64,000 nt of DNA from the NCBI RefSeq assembly GCF_009914755.1, contig NC_060929.1; one strand, given 5' to 3'. This document shows, in pieces, positions 38,463-53,235 of the stretch (its first letter is position 1; each line of letters starts with the position of its first letter). The DNA comes from the human T2T-CHM13v2.0 reference genome, Homo sapiens. The notes below the pieces were generated by a model. The model was not told where the DNA came from, did not search any database, and saw only the letters and a list, made by a program, of their open reading frames with translations. A program made the position numbers and the translations under genes.

Positions 38463-39126
38463 TTATTTAATTGAATTGTTTCAAGTTAATAGCCATATTA
38501 GCGATATCATGTCATTTAATGTGAAAGACAATGATTATATTTATTCAAATGAGATATGTGTGTGCATGTGTATGTGTACATGTCTCTGATGAACCTAACA
38601 CAACAATCTAAGTGGTAAAATGGTTTAATGCTACCCAACTATATAGAAAATAAATTTCTATTTACTTGTATTCAATACATATTTGTACTCACAAAAAGTA
38701 ATACATGTTTTGGTGCTGAATATATAAATTAAATTTTTTTAATTGGGTTTTTTGAGTATTCTTGGATTAGGCTTAATATTGGCTATAAAACAGTAAATTC
38801 ACTAATGCCTTAAAATGAATGCAGCTAATTTTATTTCCCTGTGCTCTCGAGAACAAATAACCTTTAGATATTTCTTCAAATTCAGGAAAACATAAGTTAT
38901 GATGCTGTCCAGGGTCAGAATGCAGCGTTCTCCCCTGATTGATTCTGATAGTGCTAGATAATGAAAGTTTATGTGCACATACACAATGAAGTGATGTATT
39001 TCCAATTATTGCCAAGTCCAAAAGTGTACAGAGCACTGGACAAGTCCTCTGGGCCTAATGTCTAATTATATGTACCGTATTTATTGATATATCATTTTCT
39101 CAGTGGTAACAGGACATTTCATTTCC

Positions 39127-39127
39127 A

Positions 39128-39165
<38 letters not shown>
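39127..39165. repeat. (GATA)/(GA)n microsatellite at Alu tail
   Basis: Directly visible. Confidence 0.9.
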
Positions 39166-39168
<3 letters not shown>

Positions 39169-39171
39169 AGA

Positions 39172-39540
<369 letters not shown>

Positions 39541-41424
39541 TAGTGAAAATCCTATTTAAAAATATATACATCTTTTAAACATACTGTTCAATATGCATAA
39601 TATTTTGCTGACAACTATGAATCTCTACAATTTTTAGAATTTTAAATAATTTATAGAGCTAGAGTTCTTGAGGCTTGCTAAAGAATAAGAAGGGCTCAAG
39701 AATGACACTAGGAATTATTATTTAATCAAATATATCATATCAATGGCAATTGAATGTGAGAAGAATGGGGGAATGCATCTTTAAAAACAGAACCAGGTAT
39801 TCTCTTTTAGCAATATTACTTTTGAGATCTCTATTAAACATCTGGTAAGAGATATTCTTGCATTTTTGCTGGTCTGAGCCAAAAGATTAATTTAGTTTCA
39901 CCCTCTGATGTGAAGTACTTGTTCAAAACTTTAATCTGCTCCTTGGCAAAATATGTTTTCTAGAACTGTTTGTTGCTCTCACAGAATAATTTGGGTCTTA
40001 CTAGTTCAATTATTTGTAAGGAATTCCTAGGGAAGACATAATTCCAGAGTGGTTTGGTTTGGGTCTATTTATCTTTTAATAAAAAATCACAATGCAAAGA
40101 TTTTCTTCTTTTCAATTGCCTCAAAGACAAGAATATTTTCAGGTAGCTTTTATGTGTGAATCTCAACATGGGCTTGTCTTCTGTTTGTACACTTAATCAA
40201 TGGGGTAGAATCAGGAATGTTACTCTTGTTCTTCCTTTCTGACATTGGGCTCGCAACACTGAAATTTCTCCAAGGCTGCTCTCCTTCACTTTTGCATGAC
40301 TATTATAAAATGCAAATAGCTTTTGACAACCTGAATAAATATTTTATAGTGTTTTTTCTTATTTCTCACAGTGGAGTTTCTACTTCATTCTCCATAGTCT
40401 TGTAAACTTCAGAGATTTCCAAGAGAAAACAGAAAATGCTGTGGTACCAAGTTTGTAGTGAAAGCATCCACCATCATTCTAAATGTGTAATATTACGAAC
40501 AGAATAATAAAGACCACATAAATGTTTTAACAATAACTTTGGTCTAAGTACAACTTGATGTTTAAAGATAAACTGGAATTATATTAAAATTAAAATTATA
40601 AGCTATATGATATGGGTTTTGAAAACTACATTATACATTAATGCAGACAGTAAAGTGTAAAAACAAGTTAGAAATCTGTTATCTTTTAGATTTAGCCAAC
40701 ACTTAACCCTCTCCCTAACTTGCAAGAATGACCTATTGGTGGTAACAAATGTATGGTGAGAAGGTTTCACGACACAGAAACCAGATCCTTTATTTTTCTG
40801 TAGACCCACAGCTAAGGTACATGTGCAGTCAATCTGATGATCCTGCTCAGGATTTTGAATGTTGAGGGCATGTTGCAAAATATAGTTTGAAATGTTTTGT
40901 AGTAGCAGTTATACCCTTTGACCTTAGTGCTATAGTGCTGGTGTATTTCCTTCAGCCCATCTCTCTTGGTGACATAACCCTCTGCACAATTTGACTGATT
41001 GCTTCTCTTTCCATGTCGTGGGTTTCTCTACATGGCAACCCTGATCTCCATGTACATGAAGAGTTAATGGCACAGAAAACACAATATTTTCAATTAAGAA
41101 ATTGAAGTCAGCTTTGTAATTGAAAATATTGTGTTTATTGTGTCAGTGCAATGTAAACATGCATGTATACACAAAGTAAAAATATTAGCAGTAAGATATT
41201 ACATCACCAACATGGTTTGTATTACGGCTTGTACTTTTTACAGTTGTTTGACATTCGGCAAGTAACACTGAAATGTTAAAATGATCTTAATACTATGTAG
41301 CATCTGTTTTAAATTAAATAAAATAATAGGTTTAAATGTAGAATAACATCACATATTATTAAACATATAGAAGAATTACATCTTTGTGAGATAATTAACA
41401 TAATCTATCAAAACTTTAAGGGTA

Positions 41425-42230
<806 letters not shown>

Positions 42231-43141
42231 AATATATTTACTGCCTGCACAATTAAAATTGAATTTAATGAAGAGGGAAAACTATTCTGAGATCATATTT
42301 TATTGAATTTGAGCAAAAGGTAATGTTACTATTTTGAATGCAAGCCAACACATACACACTTTATCTATTTAAATATAGCTGATCTAAAACAAAGTTTTCT
42401 GGTGTCAACAGTCTCTATATCTGTAGTGGGTACTCTCGATTTAATAGAAAACTAATTACTGCACAACTTAAAAAAGTGCAATCAAAAGGAAAACAATTAG
42501 TTGAATTGAAGTTTATAGAGAATAATGATAATTTAATGAAAAATATTTTATAGCAATTGTAGTCAGCCTTGATTAACAGAATTTCTATTTATATAATTTC
42601 ACTAAATTTAAACATTATAAAACAAAAAAAAATCCTACTATCCTATGGGTTTTATGAAAGTCAGTTTTCAGTTATGGACCAATATTTTGTTTTCTGTTTG
42701 TGGAAGAAAAATTTCACATAATTATTTCGGTTTACTTTGTTTTCTGTATTAGAAAAACTTCCTTGAAGAAGACTATTCTTGACTTCAAGTGAAATTATTC
42801 ACAGTAACTATCACCCTGTGATACTCCCAAGAAAGAGTGCCAATGGTGTATATTTCAGCCTGCTTGATAGATATTGGGCACACCTTGCATGCATAATGTT
42901 GGCATTTAACCATTGCTCCAGATATTGTGTTCAGTGGGTTCTAGATAATTGTTAATTTTTGTTGTTTTCCCAAGACTTAAAAAAATTGTATTATTTAAAT
43001 ACTTTCATTCTACATAGTTATTTAAATATCGTTATTAAAAGTTCCTAAAATGCAGTCTCGGAGAACTACAGTTGAGTACCTCGAGAGTAGTCATAGACTT
43101 GGTGTACAAGGAATTGCTTCTTACTTGACTGCTCTATAGAG

Positions 43142-44160
43142 CTGTAGTTCTCAAAGTGTTGTCCATAGATGCTTGTGAAACTCTAACACTCATTCAGGTA
43201 GTTTGTGTGTTAAAATTACTTTCAAAATAATGCTAAGACTTATTTCTGGTCTTTTTTATTGTATTGATATTTGGACTGATGGTATAAAAGCAATTGTAGG
43301 TGAAACTACTAGTGCCTTACAGTCCTACTAGTGCTCACAGTCCTGACACTGTCTTTGCATTTGCAGGAAAAATTTAAAAGGGAGAGGAGGACGGGTAGGA
43401 GGAGAAAGAAAAAGCCACCGGTTTCAATTAGGCATTTCTTCTAGCAGAAAAAACAACAACAACAACAACAAACCAGCAAAACCTCAACCTTTGGATAGAT
43501 ACATTTTTAATACATTGAGTGATGAAATAAAGTGTATTCATAAAGCATTTTGCTGCATACCAAAGTACAATTGTCTCTCAAAGAGAAAATGCTTCTGTGA
43601 TTTTTTTGGACTACAAACTAAAATAGCCACTTAAAAAAAAAAGGAACACTATTTTTATTTGAAAGAATGACAGATAAACTATGTTTAATTGAATTTCTGC
43701 ATGTGGTGATAGTTTCTTGAAAATAGATGAAGTGAACCTGTCACCTGTAGGAAAACAAGTGTTCGTAGTCAATGATAAAATCTGAGCTTTCAAGTTAAAA
43801 AATTAGAATTTTACAAAACTCATATTTGCCACCATGTGCTTGACACCTTTCAAACTTGAAGGATTTGCTGATCAAATCAGTGGAGAGAATAATTTTGAGT
43901 TTAAAAAATATTATTTAATAAAATATATCAACATTTGGAAGACTTGCATAGCTCAGTGAATAAATACTTTCCAAATAACCAAGAACCCGATGATACAAAA
44001 TTATGCACAGATTAAAGATCCATTAAAAATGCAAGACAGAATAACATTTTTTAAATTATTGTCTGAAAAGTTTGTTTACATGTTTTCAGATTCCACAATG
44101 CGATTAATCTTTAATAAACTAATGCTTGTTGAATGCCATAGTGTCAAAATTGCGTATCTA
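43142..44160 (+). mobile_element. Charlie1-like hAT DNA transposon remnant
   Basis: Terminus CTGTAGTTCTCAAAGTGTTGTCC, plus TGATGGTATAAAAGCAATTGTAGGTGAAACT and degenerate transposase tracts (TTGCTGCATACCAAAGTAC; AATGATAAAATCTGAGCTTTCAAG). Confidence 0.75.
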
Positions 44161-44531
44161 TATTTATTTGATGAGACTTGAGCACCATGTATTAAGTTAG
44201 ACCATAAAAAGATGAGGCAAATTAAAGATTTAATCCAGGCAGTCATTTTCTAACCACTACTTATAAATATCAGGTTCAGTGTCAGTTATTTCACTGTCAG
44301 TGCAACCTGAGAATTCAAGTTCTTATTTCCTCAGGCTGGGAATGTTCAGCCTGAAGCGCATGAGTTTTGTGGGGCTACTTCTATGGCTCACACGGTATCT
44401 TCCTTTGTTTCCATCCTTTAGAGACTAATTTTATTATAGAAACATATACCAGTGAAGACTTCACATTTTAATGCTGCATACATGCTGATCAGTACTCTGA
44501 TAAAAAATAAAGCATGATGAAAAAATAGTGA

Positions 44532-44744
<213 letters not shown>

Positions 44745-44991
44745 TAGGTGGACAAATAGCTTCTCTGAAGAGGTGACCAGCAAGTAAACAAGCTCTGAAA
44801 ATATCTGGGTAAGAACTTACCTGGAATTGGGAGGTAAGTACCTGTTTGTCATGTTCAATGGAGAGAAATAAGTCTCAGTTGTGCAGCCAAAGTTAATTAA
44901 GCAGGGAATGATAAGAGATAGGTGGGAGAAGTTGTCAAGTAAGAGGTCATAAAAGTCCCTATGGGCATAAATGAAAATGTATATAGAAGGG

Positions 44992-45383
44992 TGATATATT
45001 TTGAATATCTGTTTCTTCTAAATCTCATGTTGAACTGTACCCCCTCCCCTCCATTTTGGAGGTGGGGCCTAGTGGGAAGCTTTTGGGTCCTGGGTGCAGA
45101 CCCTTCATAAATGGCTTGGTGCTGTATTTGTGGTAGTGAGTGAGTTCTCTATTAGCTCACATGAGAGCTGGTTGTTTAGAAGACATGTAACACACCTGAT
45201 CCCGCTTTGCCTGCTTCCATAACTGTAGGTTTCCTGAGGCCCTCACCAAATGCAGATGCTGGCACTGTGCTTCTTTTCCATCTGCAGAATCATGAGTCAA
45301 AATAAACCGCTTTTCTTTACAAATTATCCAGCCTCAGATATTCCTTTGTAGTAACACAAGTTTAATTATCCTTTGTGTTAACA
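44992..45383 (+). mobile_element. MSTB-like solo LTR
   Basis: Runs TGATATATTTTGAATAT...AAATCTCATGTTGAA...AAATTATCCAGCCTCAGATATTCC, with TSD AAGGG (44987-44991 / 45384-45388). Confidence 0.85.
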
Positions 45384-45394
45384 AAGGGTAATTA

Positions 45395-45910
45395 AAAGTT
45401 AAGATGGAAGTCAAATTTCTTTGGCTCAATTCTAGCTCTATCCTGTATTACCAGTGTCAGGCTGTTTAACCTACAGCACTTCCATTTTTTTCTTGTAGGC
45501 TCCTGAGAGTAACCATCATATTTGGAGAAAGAGTATTTGTAAGTATTTATACCTACTTAAAACTCTGCATGACACATGGTAAACATTATAGACACCTTAG
45601 CTGTCATTGGTAGTAGTATCAAATGTAATGAGGATTATTAGCTATTATTACTATTAATGATCGTGATTCAAGAACTTTCAGAGAGTGTTAAATGGGAAAA
45701 TGTCATAACCTGATTCAAAATTTTAAAAAATCACTCTGGCCTCCATGGAGAGAAATGGCACAGCAAAGGTAAGAGAGGAAATTTGGAGAACACCCAACAG
45801 GCTAATGGAATAATCCATGTGGACAGTGATGGCAGTCCAACAGATAGCAGCAGTAAAAGGGGCATTGGTTAGATTCAGGAAATACATTTGAAGATAGTCT
45901 ATAATTGGAA
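45395..45910. mobile_element. MIR (+, ~45395-45610) followed by L2 fragment (-, ~45665-45910)
   Basis: Degenerate motifs: GGCTCAATTCTAGCTCTA, TGACACATGGTAAACA; TTTAAAAAATCACTCTGGC, GATTCAGGAAATACATTTGAAG. Confidence 0.5.
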
Positions 45911-46339
45911 AAAAAGTACCATTTTATTTCTACTTGTATATGCTTATTTGTTTGTTTGTTTCTGGCTTTTTTCTCTTTTCTTTAGCTTGCTACATTCCAT
46001 ATCTAGTTGACTGGCCTATTATTTTACTTGAATAGTTGGCTTCAAATGCAATATTTATTTTTCAAAATGTGTTAAATCTAAAAATAAAATATCGCATTAG
46101 TTATACTCAATTTTTATAATTTCTAAACCTTTGTCTCAAAATATTTAGTACCCAAGGAATTAAGAGTTCTCTAAATCTTATGTGCCTCTTGTTATTATCA
46201 TTTGTATGCTTCTGTCCCCTGAAATAAATTAAACTCCTGGTCCATATATGCTCTCTGAACTTTATATTAAAAGTCTCGCATTTCCTGCACACAACTACTC
46301 ATTCTCTCTGGGGCAACAAGTCTGGCTCATCCTCTTAAT

Positions 46340-46505
46340 CTGAGCTTTCAAACCTTTATGTTCATAGAAGACACCTGGGGATCTTGTCCAATTGTGTATC
46401 CTGATTCAGTAGTCCTGGATAGTTGCCTGAGAGTTTGCATTTCAAACAAGCTGCCAGGTCCTGTTAATGCTACTTGTCTGTGGAACACACTTTGTGTAGT
46501 GATGC
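46340..46505. mobile_element. MER5A
   Basis: Contains CACCTGGGGATCTTG...CTGATTCAGTAG...TTTGCATTTCAAACAAGCTGCCAGGT...ACACACTTTG. Confidence 0.8.
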
Positions 46506-47424
46506 TCTGAATCTCCCCTAAATTTTTAATGACCTTCTATAATATCAGAGGCTTCCATGCTGGTTTCATTTACATCGGTTTTCATCTATGTGCTGAAAGT
46601 TAGCCAATTAATACACAAATCTTTTGTATACACACAGAAGCCAACAGCAGCAAAGTTCTGTTCCAGTGTATGCTTCCACTGAATTTGTGTTTCTTAAGGG
46701 CAATTTTAATGTCAATATACATTGTTGATAAATAATTCTTGGCATATAAATTTCAGTATTCATATGAAAGGGACAGGTTTTCTAAACAGAGTATACAAAT
46801 CTTTCCTTTTTCTTTTCCTAATGTGGTGGGTAATGCTGAAGATTAATAATGAAGGGCGGGCCGAGGGACTGTTATCCTCAGAAGAGAGGGTCTTACAGTG
46901 CAAGGACCATGAAGTTAAAGTGGCACAATTGATGAGGTCAAAGCCCTGATTTATGCTCACTTGGTCATCCCGCTTAATTTGAAGTTGTGTTTTATAAACT
47001 TAAAGTCATGTTTGTTTATCATACATTCAGTATACACATTGCTTTGTTCATTCCTGGACACTGAAATATTTAATAGCAGAAGAAAATTGTCAAGGGCCAT
47101 GTGCTTTGAGATTGGTAAGAGGTTTTTACAGTTTGAAATTGTTTTCAAAAGCTGCCATCAGTGCCTTCGAGGAATGCTTGTCGCAAAACAATGGTTTAAT
47201 TTGCTCCCAATGAAAAAGATGAAGAGGAAGGCAAGTGGAGAAAGGACATGAAACTAAATGAAGTAAGGAAAACACTGAATATCTCAACTGATTTTTATTA
47301 TTGATGTCCCCCTTTCATTGTTACAGAAACATTATTTCCATAGACGGTTTGATCTTTGTAACATCTTAGTGGGTCTCCTGAGAGTCAGACAGAAATATAC
47401 CAATATAATAAGAAATCATTATGA

Positions 47425-48013
<589 letters not shown>

Positions 48014-50821
48014 GAAATATTTTTAAAATGTTATTAACTCTTTTGACAAAATATACATGCATACTCATACACACATATGCACACCAGAAAGCATCATGTC
48101 CACAATTATATGGAATCAAATTAATAAGGAATCCTAGTTTTTAAAAAATAGTGAGTTTTTAATTGATTCACACCAGCAAAATTTATTAATAGGGTAATCA
48201 TTTTAGAGTTTCAGTACATGTATATTTGTGTCTTTATATCTCCACAAAAAGCTGCGCCTTTCCAAGCATCCTTTCTCCCATTACTTTTTTAATTAATTTT
48301 TTCTAATTTTTCATTTTTGGGATACATAGTAGGTGTATACATTTGTGGATTGCATGAGGTGTTTTGATACAGGCATGCCTTGTGTAATAATCATATCATG
48401 GTAAATTGGTATCTATCACCTCAATATTTATCCTTTGTGTTACAATACAATTATACTATTTTAGTTGTTTTAAAATGTACAATTTTCATTTGTGACTATA
48501 ATCACTCTGTTGTGCTAGCAAATACTAGGTCTTATTCATTCTTTCTAGTTATTTTTTATACCTATTAGCCATCTCCACTACCCCCCACAACCCACTACTA
48601 CCCTTCCCTGCCTCTGGCAACCATCTTTCTACTCTCTGTCTCCATGAGTTCAATTGTTTTAATTTTTATCTCCCACAAATAAGTGAGAACATATGAAGTT
48701 TGCCTTTCTGTGCCTGGCTTATTTTACTTAACATAATGACCTTCTGTTCCATTCATGTTGTTGCAAATGACAAGATCTCATTCTTTTTTATGGCTGAATG
48801 GTACTCCATTGCATATATGTACCACTTTTCTTTATCCATTCATCTGTTGATGGACACTTAGATTGCTTCCAAAGCTTGGCTATTGTGAATAGTGTTGCAA
48901 TAAACATGGAGTGCAGATATCTCTTCCATATACTGTTTTCTTTTTTTTTTTTTTTTTTTTGGTATATACCTAAAAGCAGGATTGCTAGATTGTATCGTAG
49001 CTCTATTTTCAGTGTTTTGAAGGACCTTCAAACTGTTCTCCATAGCGGTTGTACTAATTTACATTTCCACCGACAGTGTATGAGGATTCCCTTTTCTCCA
49101 CATCCTCGCCAGCATTTGTTATTGTCTGTCTTTGGGTAAAAGCAATTTTAACTGGGGTGAAATTATAACTCATTGTAATTTTGATTTGTAATTCCTCTGA
49201 TAATTAATGATGTCGAGCACCTTTTTATATAACTATTTGCCATTTGCATGTATTCTTTTGAGACATGTCTATTCAGATATTTTTGCCCGTTTTTAATCAG
49301 ATTATTAGAGTTTTTCCCATAGAGTTGTTTAAGCACCTTATATACTCTGGGTACTAATCCCTTGTCAGACAGATAGTTTGCAAATATTTTTGTCCATTCT
49401 GTGGATTGTCTCTTCACTTTTTCGATTGTTTCTTTTGTTGTACAGATGGTTTGTAACTTGAAGTGATCCTATTTGTCCAATTTCGCTTTTGTTGCCTATG
49501 CTTGTGGGACATTACTCAAGAAATCTTTGCCCACTTCCATGTCCGGGAGAGTTTCCCCATGTATTATTTCAGTAATTTCATACTTTGAGGTCTTAGATTT
49601 AAGCCTTTGATCCATTTTTATTTGTTTTTGTATATGGAGAGAGATAGAGTTCTAGTAGTTTCATTCTTCTGTATATGGATATCTAGTTTTTCCAGCACCA
49701 TTTATTAAAGGGACTGCCCTTTCCCCAAAGTACATTCTTGGCAACTTTGTCAAAAATGAGTTCGTTGTAGATGTATGGATTTATTTTGGGGTTCTCTGTT
49801 CTGTTCCGCTGGTCTATATGTCTGTTTGTATGTCAGTATCATGTTGTTTTGTTCATTACAGCTCTGTAGTATAATTTGAATCAGTTAATTTGATTCCTCC
49901 AATTTTGTTCTTTTTGCTTAGGATAGCTTTGGCTATTCTGGTTCTTTTGTGGTTCCATATAAATTTTGGGATTGTTTTTTCTATTTCTGTGAAGAATGTC
50001 ATTGGCATTTTGATGGGGATCACATTGGATCCATAGATTGCTTTGAGTATTGTGGGCATTTTAATAATATTGATTCTTCTAATCCATGATAATAAAATAT
50101 TTTTTCATTATTTTGTGTCTTCAATGTCTTTCATCAATGTTTTATAGTTTCCATTGTAGAGAACTTTCACTTTTTTGAATAAGTTGATTCCTGGGTATTT
50201 TACTTTATCTGTAGCTATTATCAATGGGAATACTTTCTTGATTTCTTTTTCAGATTATTCATTGTTGGTATACAAAAATGCTACAGATTTTTGTATGTTG
50301 ATATTGTATCCTGCGACTTCACCAAATTTGTTTATCAGTTATAATAGGCTTTTTTTGGTGGAATCTTTTGGTTTGGATTTTTTTTGGAATATATAATCAT
50401 ATCATCTGCAAATAAGGATAATTTAACTTTTTTCTTTCCAATTTGGATGCACTTTCTTTTTCTTGTCTGAATGCTCTAGCTAAGACTTCCAGTACTATGT
50501 TGAATAATGGTGGTGAGAATGGGCATCCTTGTTGTGTTCCAGATCTTAGAGGAAAGGCTTTCAATTTTCCCCCTTTCATTATGATACTAGCTATGGTCCT
50601 GTAATATAAGGCTTTTATTATGTTGAAATGTTTCTTCTATACCCAGTTTTCTGATGGTTTTCACCAGAAAGAGATGTTGAATTTTATTATGTTTTTTTCA
50701 GCATCAATTAAAACAATCATATGGATTTTGCCCTTCATTCTGTTGATATGATGTATCACATTGATTGATTTGCATATGTTGAACCATCCTTGCATTTCTG
50801 AGATAAATCCCCCTTGGTCAT

Positions 50822-51205
50822 TGATATGGTTAGGCTTTTTGTCTCCACCCAAATCTCATATTGAATTGTAATTATCATAATCTCTATGTGTCAAGGGAGA
50901 GTCCAGGTGGAGGTAATTGAATCATGGGGCTGGGGAGGGGGGTATTCCCCATGCTCTTCTCATGATAGTGAGTTCTCATGATCTCTGATTGTTGTATAAG
51001 GGACTCTTCCCCCTTCACACAGCACTTCTTCTTCCTGCCACCTTGTGAAGAAGGTGACTTGCTTCCCCTTTGTCTTCCACCATGATTATGAATTTCCTGA
51101 AGCCTCCCCAGCTATACTAGACTGTGAGTCAATTAAACCTCTTTCCCTTATAAGTTATCCAGTCTTGAGCAGTTCTTTATAGCAGTATGAAAATGAACTA
51201 ATACA
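50822..51205 (+). mobile_element. THE1D-like solo LTR inserted in L1 ORF2
   Basis: Runs TGATATGG...CTAATACA, with perfect TSD GTCAT (50817-50821 / 51206-51210). Confidence 0.93.
50914..50924 (+). promoter_or_regulatory. DUX4-type binding motif in the THE1D LTR
   Basis: TAATTGAATCA fits the DUX4 consensus TAAYYBAATCA. Motif match only; binding is not shown. Confidence 0.55.
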
Positions 51206-51300
51206 GTCATAAGGAATAATCTTTTTCATGTGTTGAATTTGGTTTGCTAGTATTTTTTGGGAATTTTTGCATCAATATTGATCAGTGACATTAGCCTGTA

Positions 51301-51306
51301 GTTTTG

Positions 51307-51337
<31 letters not shown>

Positions 51338-51338
51338 T
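51301..51338. repeat. (GTTTT)n microsatellite
   Basis: Directly visible. Confidence 0.9.
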
Positions 51339-53133
51339 GATGTGTCTTTGTCTGGTTTTGCTATCAGGGTAATACTGGCCTTGTAGAATAAATTGGGAAT
51401 TATTCTCTTCTTTAGTTTTTGGAAAAGTGTGAGTAACCCTGGTATTAGTTCTTCTTTAAGGATTTGGTAGAATTCAGCAGTAAAGCATCTGGTCCTAATG
51501 TTTTCTTTGCTGGGAGAATTCTTATTGTGGCTTTGATCTCATTACTTGTTATTGGTCTGTTCAGGTTTTGTATTTTTTTTATGATTCAATCTCAGTAGGT
51601 TGTATGTGTCTAGGAATTTGTCCATTTCTTCTAGATTTTCTAATTTATTCTCATATAATTGCTCATAGTAGCTACTAAATATCCTTTGAACTTTTGCTAT
51701 ATCAGTGGTAATATTTCCCTTTTCATCTTTAATTTTATTTATGTGGGTCTTTATCTTTTCAAAAACCCAATTTTTCTTTTATTAATCTTTTGTATTGTTT
51801 TCTTTGTTTCAATTTTATTTATCTGTGCTCTGATCTTCATTATTTCTTTTCTTCTAAGTCTGGGTGTGGTTTGCTCTTCCTTTTTAGTTCTTTAAGATGT
51901 ATTGTAAGATTGTTTATTTGAACTTTTTCTTCTTTTTTGATGTAGGCACTTATATCTATAAACTTCCTTCTTAGTACTGCTTTTGCTGTATCATTAGGTT
52001 TTGGTATGTTGTGTTTCCATTATCTTTTTTTTTTCCAAGAACGTTTTCAATTTTCTTCTTAATTTGATCTTGATACAATGGTCATTCAGGAGCATATATT
52101 GTTTAATTTCCATGTGTTTGTATAGTTTAGAAAATTATTCCTTATTAATTTCTAGTTTTAGTCCATTGTGTCTTGAGAAGATGCTTAATATTATTTCATT
52201 GTTTTTTTAAATGTTTTAAGACTTGTTTTGTGACCTAATATATGGTCTATCCTTGAGAATGATTCATATGCTGAGAAAAAGAATGTGTATTCTGCAGCCA
52301 TTGGATGGAATGTTCTGAAAATATCTATTAGGGTCCATTTTTTCTATAGTGCAGATTAAATCTAATGTTTCTTTGTTGATTTTCTGCCTGGAAAAATCTG
52401 TCCAATGCTGCGAATGGGATGTTGAGGTCTCCAGTTATTATTATATTGAGGTCTCTCTTTTAGCTCTAATAATATTTGCTATATATATCCAGGTGCTCCA
52501 GTTTTGTGTGCACATGTATTTACAATTGTTGTATCCCATTGCTAATTTGACCCCTTTATCATTATACAATGACTTCTTGTTCCCTTCTTATAGCTTTTGT
52601 CTTGAAATCTATTTTGTTTGATATAAGTAAAGCTAGTCCTATTCTTTTTTGGTTCCCATTGGCATGGAATATCTTTTTTCATCCGTTTATTTTCTCTTTA
52701 TAGGAGAAATATGTTCGTATAGGCAACAGATCAATGGGTCTTATATTTTTTATCCATTCAGCCAGTCTATGTCTTTTTGTTGGATACTTTAGTCCATTTA
52801 CATTCAGCATCTCATTAATAAGTAAGAACTTACTCCCGTCATTTTATTTGTTTTCTGGTGTGTGTGTGTGTCTGTTGCATGTTTTTTGATTTGAGAATAC
52901 CAGAGGCTTGCAGATAATATCTTATAATCCATTATTTTCAGCTGATAACAACACTGCTTGCATAAATAAACAACCAGGAAAGAAAAAAATAGTAAAAGCT
53001 CTACATTTTAATATCATCCCCCTCCATTTCTTAACTTTTTGTTCTTTCTATTTTGTAGTATTTATGCCTTGAGAAGTTGTTCTGGTTATTATTTTTGATT
53101 GATTCGTCTTGTAGTCTTTCTTAAGATAATAGT

Positions 53134-53235
53134 AGTTTACACACCACAGTTTAATGTTATAATGTACAGTGTTTTTCTGTGTAGCAGTTTACACACCACA
53201 GTTTAATGTTATAATGTACAGTGTTTTTCTGTGTA
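53134..53235. repeat. 52-bp-period tandem duplication
   Basis: AGTTTACACACCACAGTTTAATGTTATAATGTACAGTGTTTTTCTGTGTA occurs identically at 53134 and 53186. Confidence 0.95.

Noticed and set aside
43306-43344. ~19-bp tandem repeat in the Charlie remnant (similar small ones at ~4684-4720 and ~63139-63181)
   Set aside because: These are ordinary slippage duplications with only two units and no spacers, so they are not CRISPR-like arrays.
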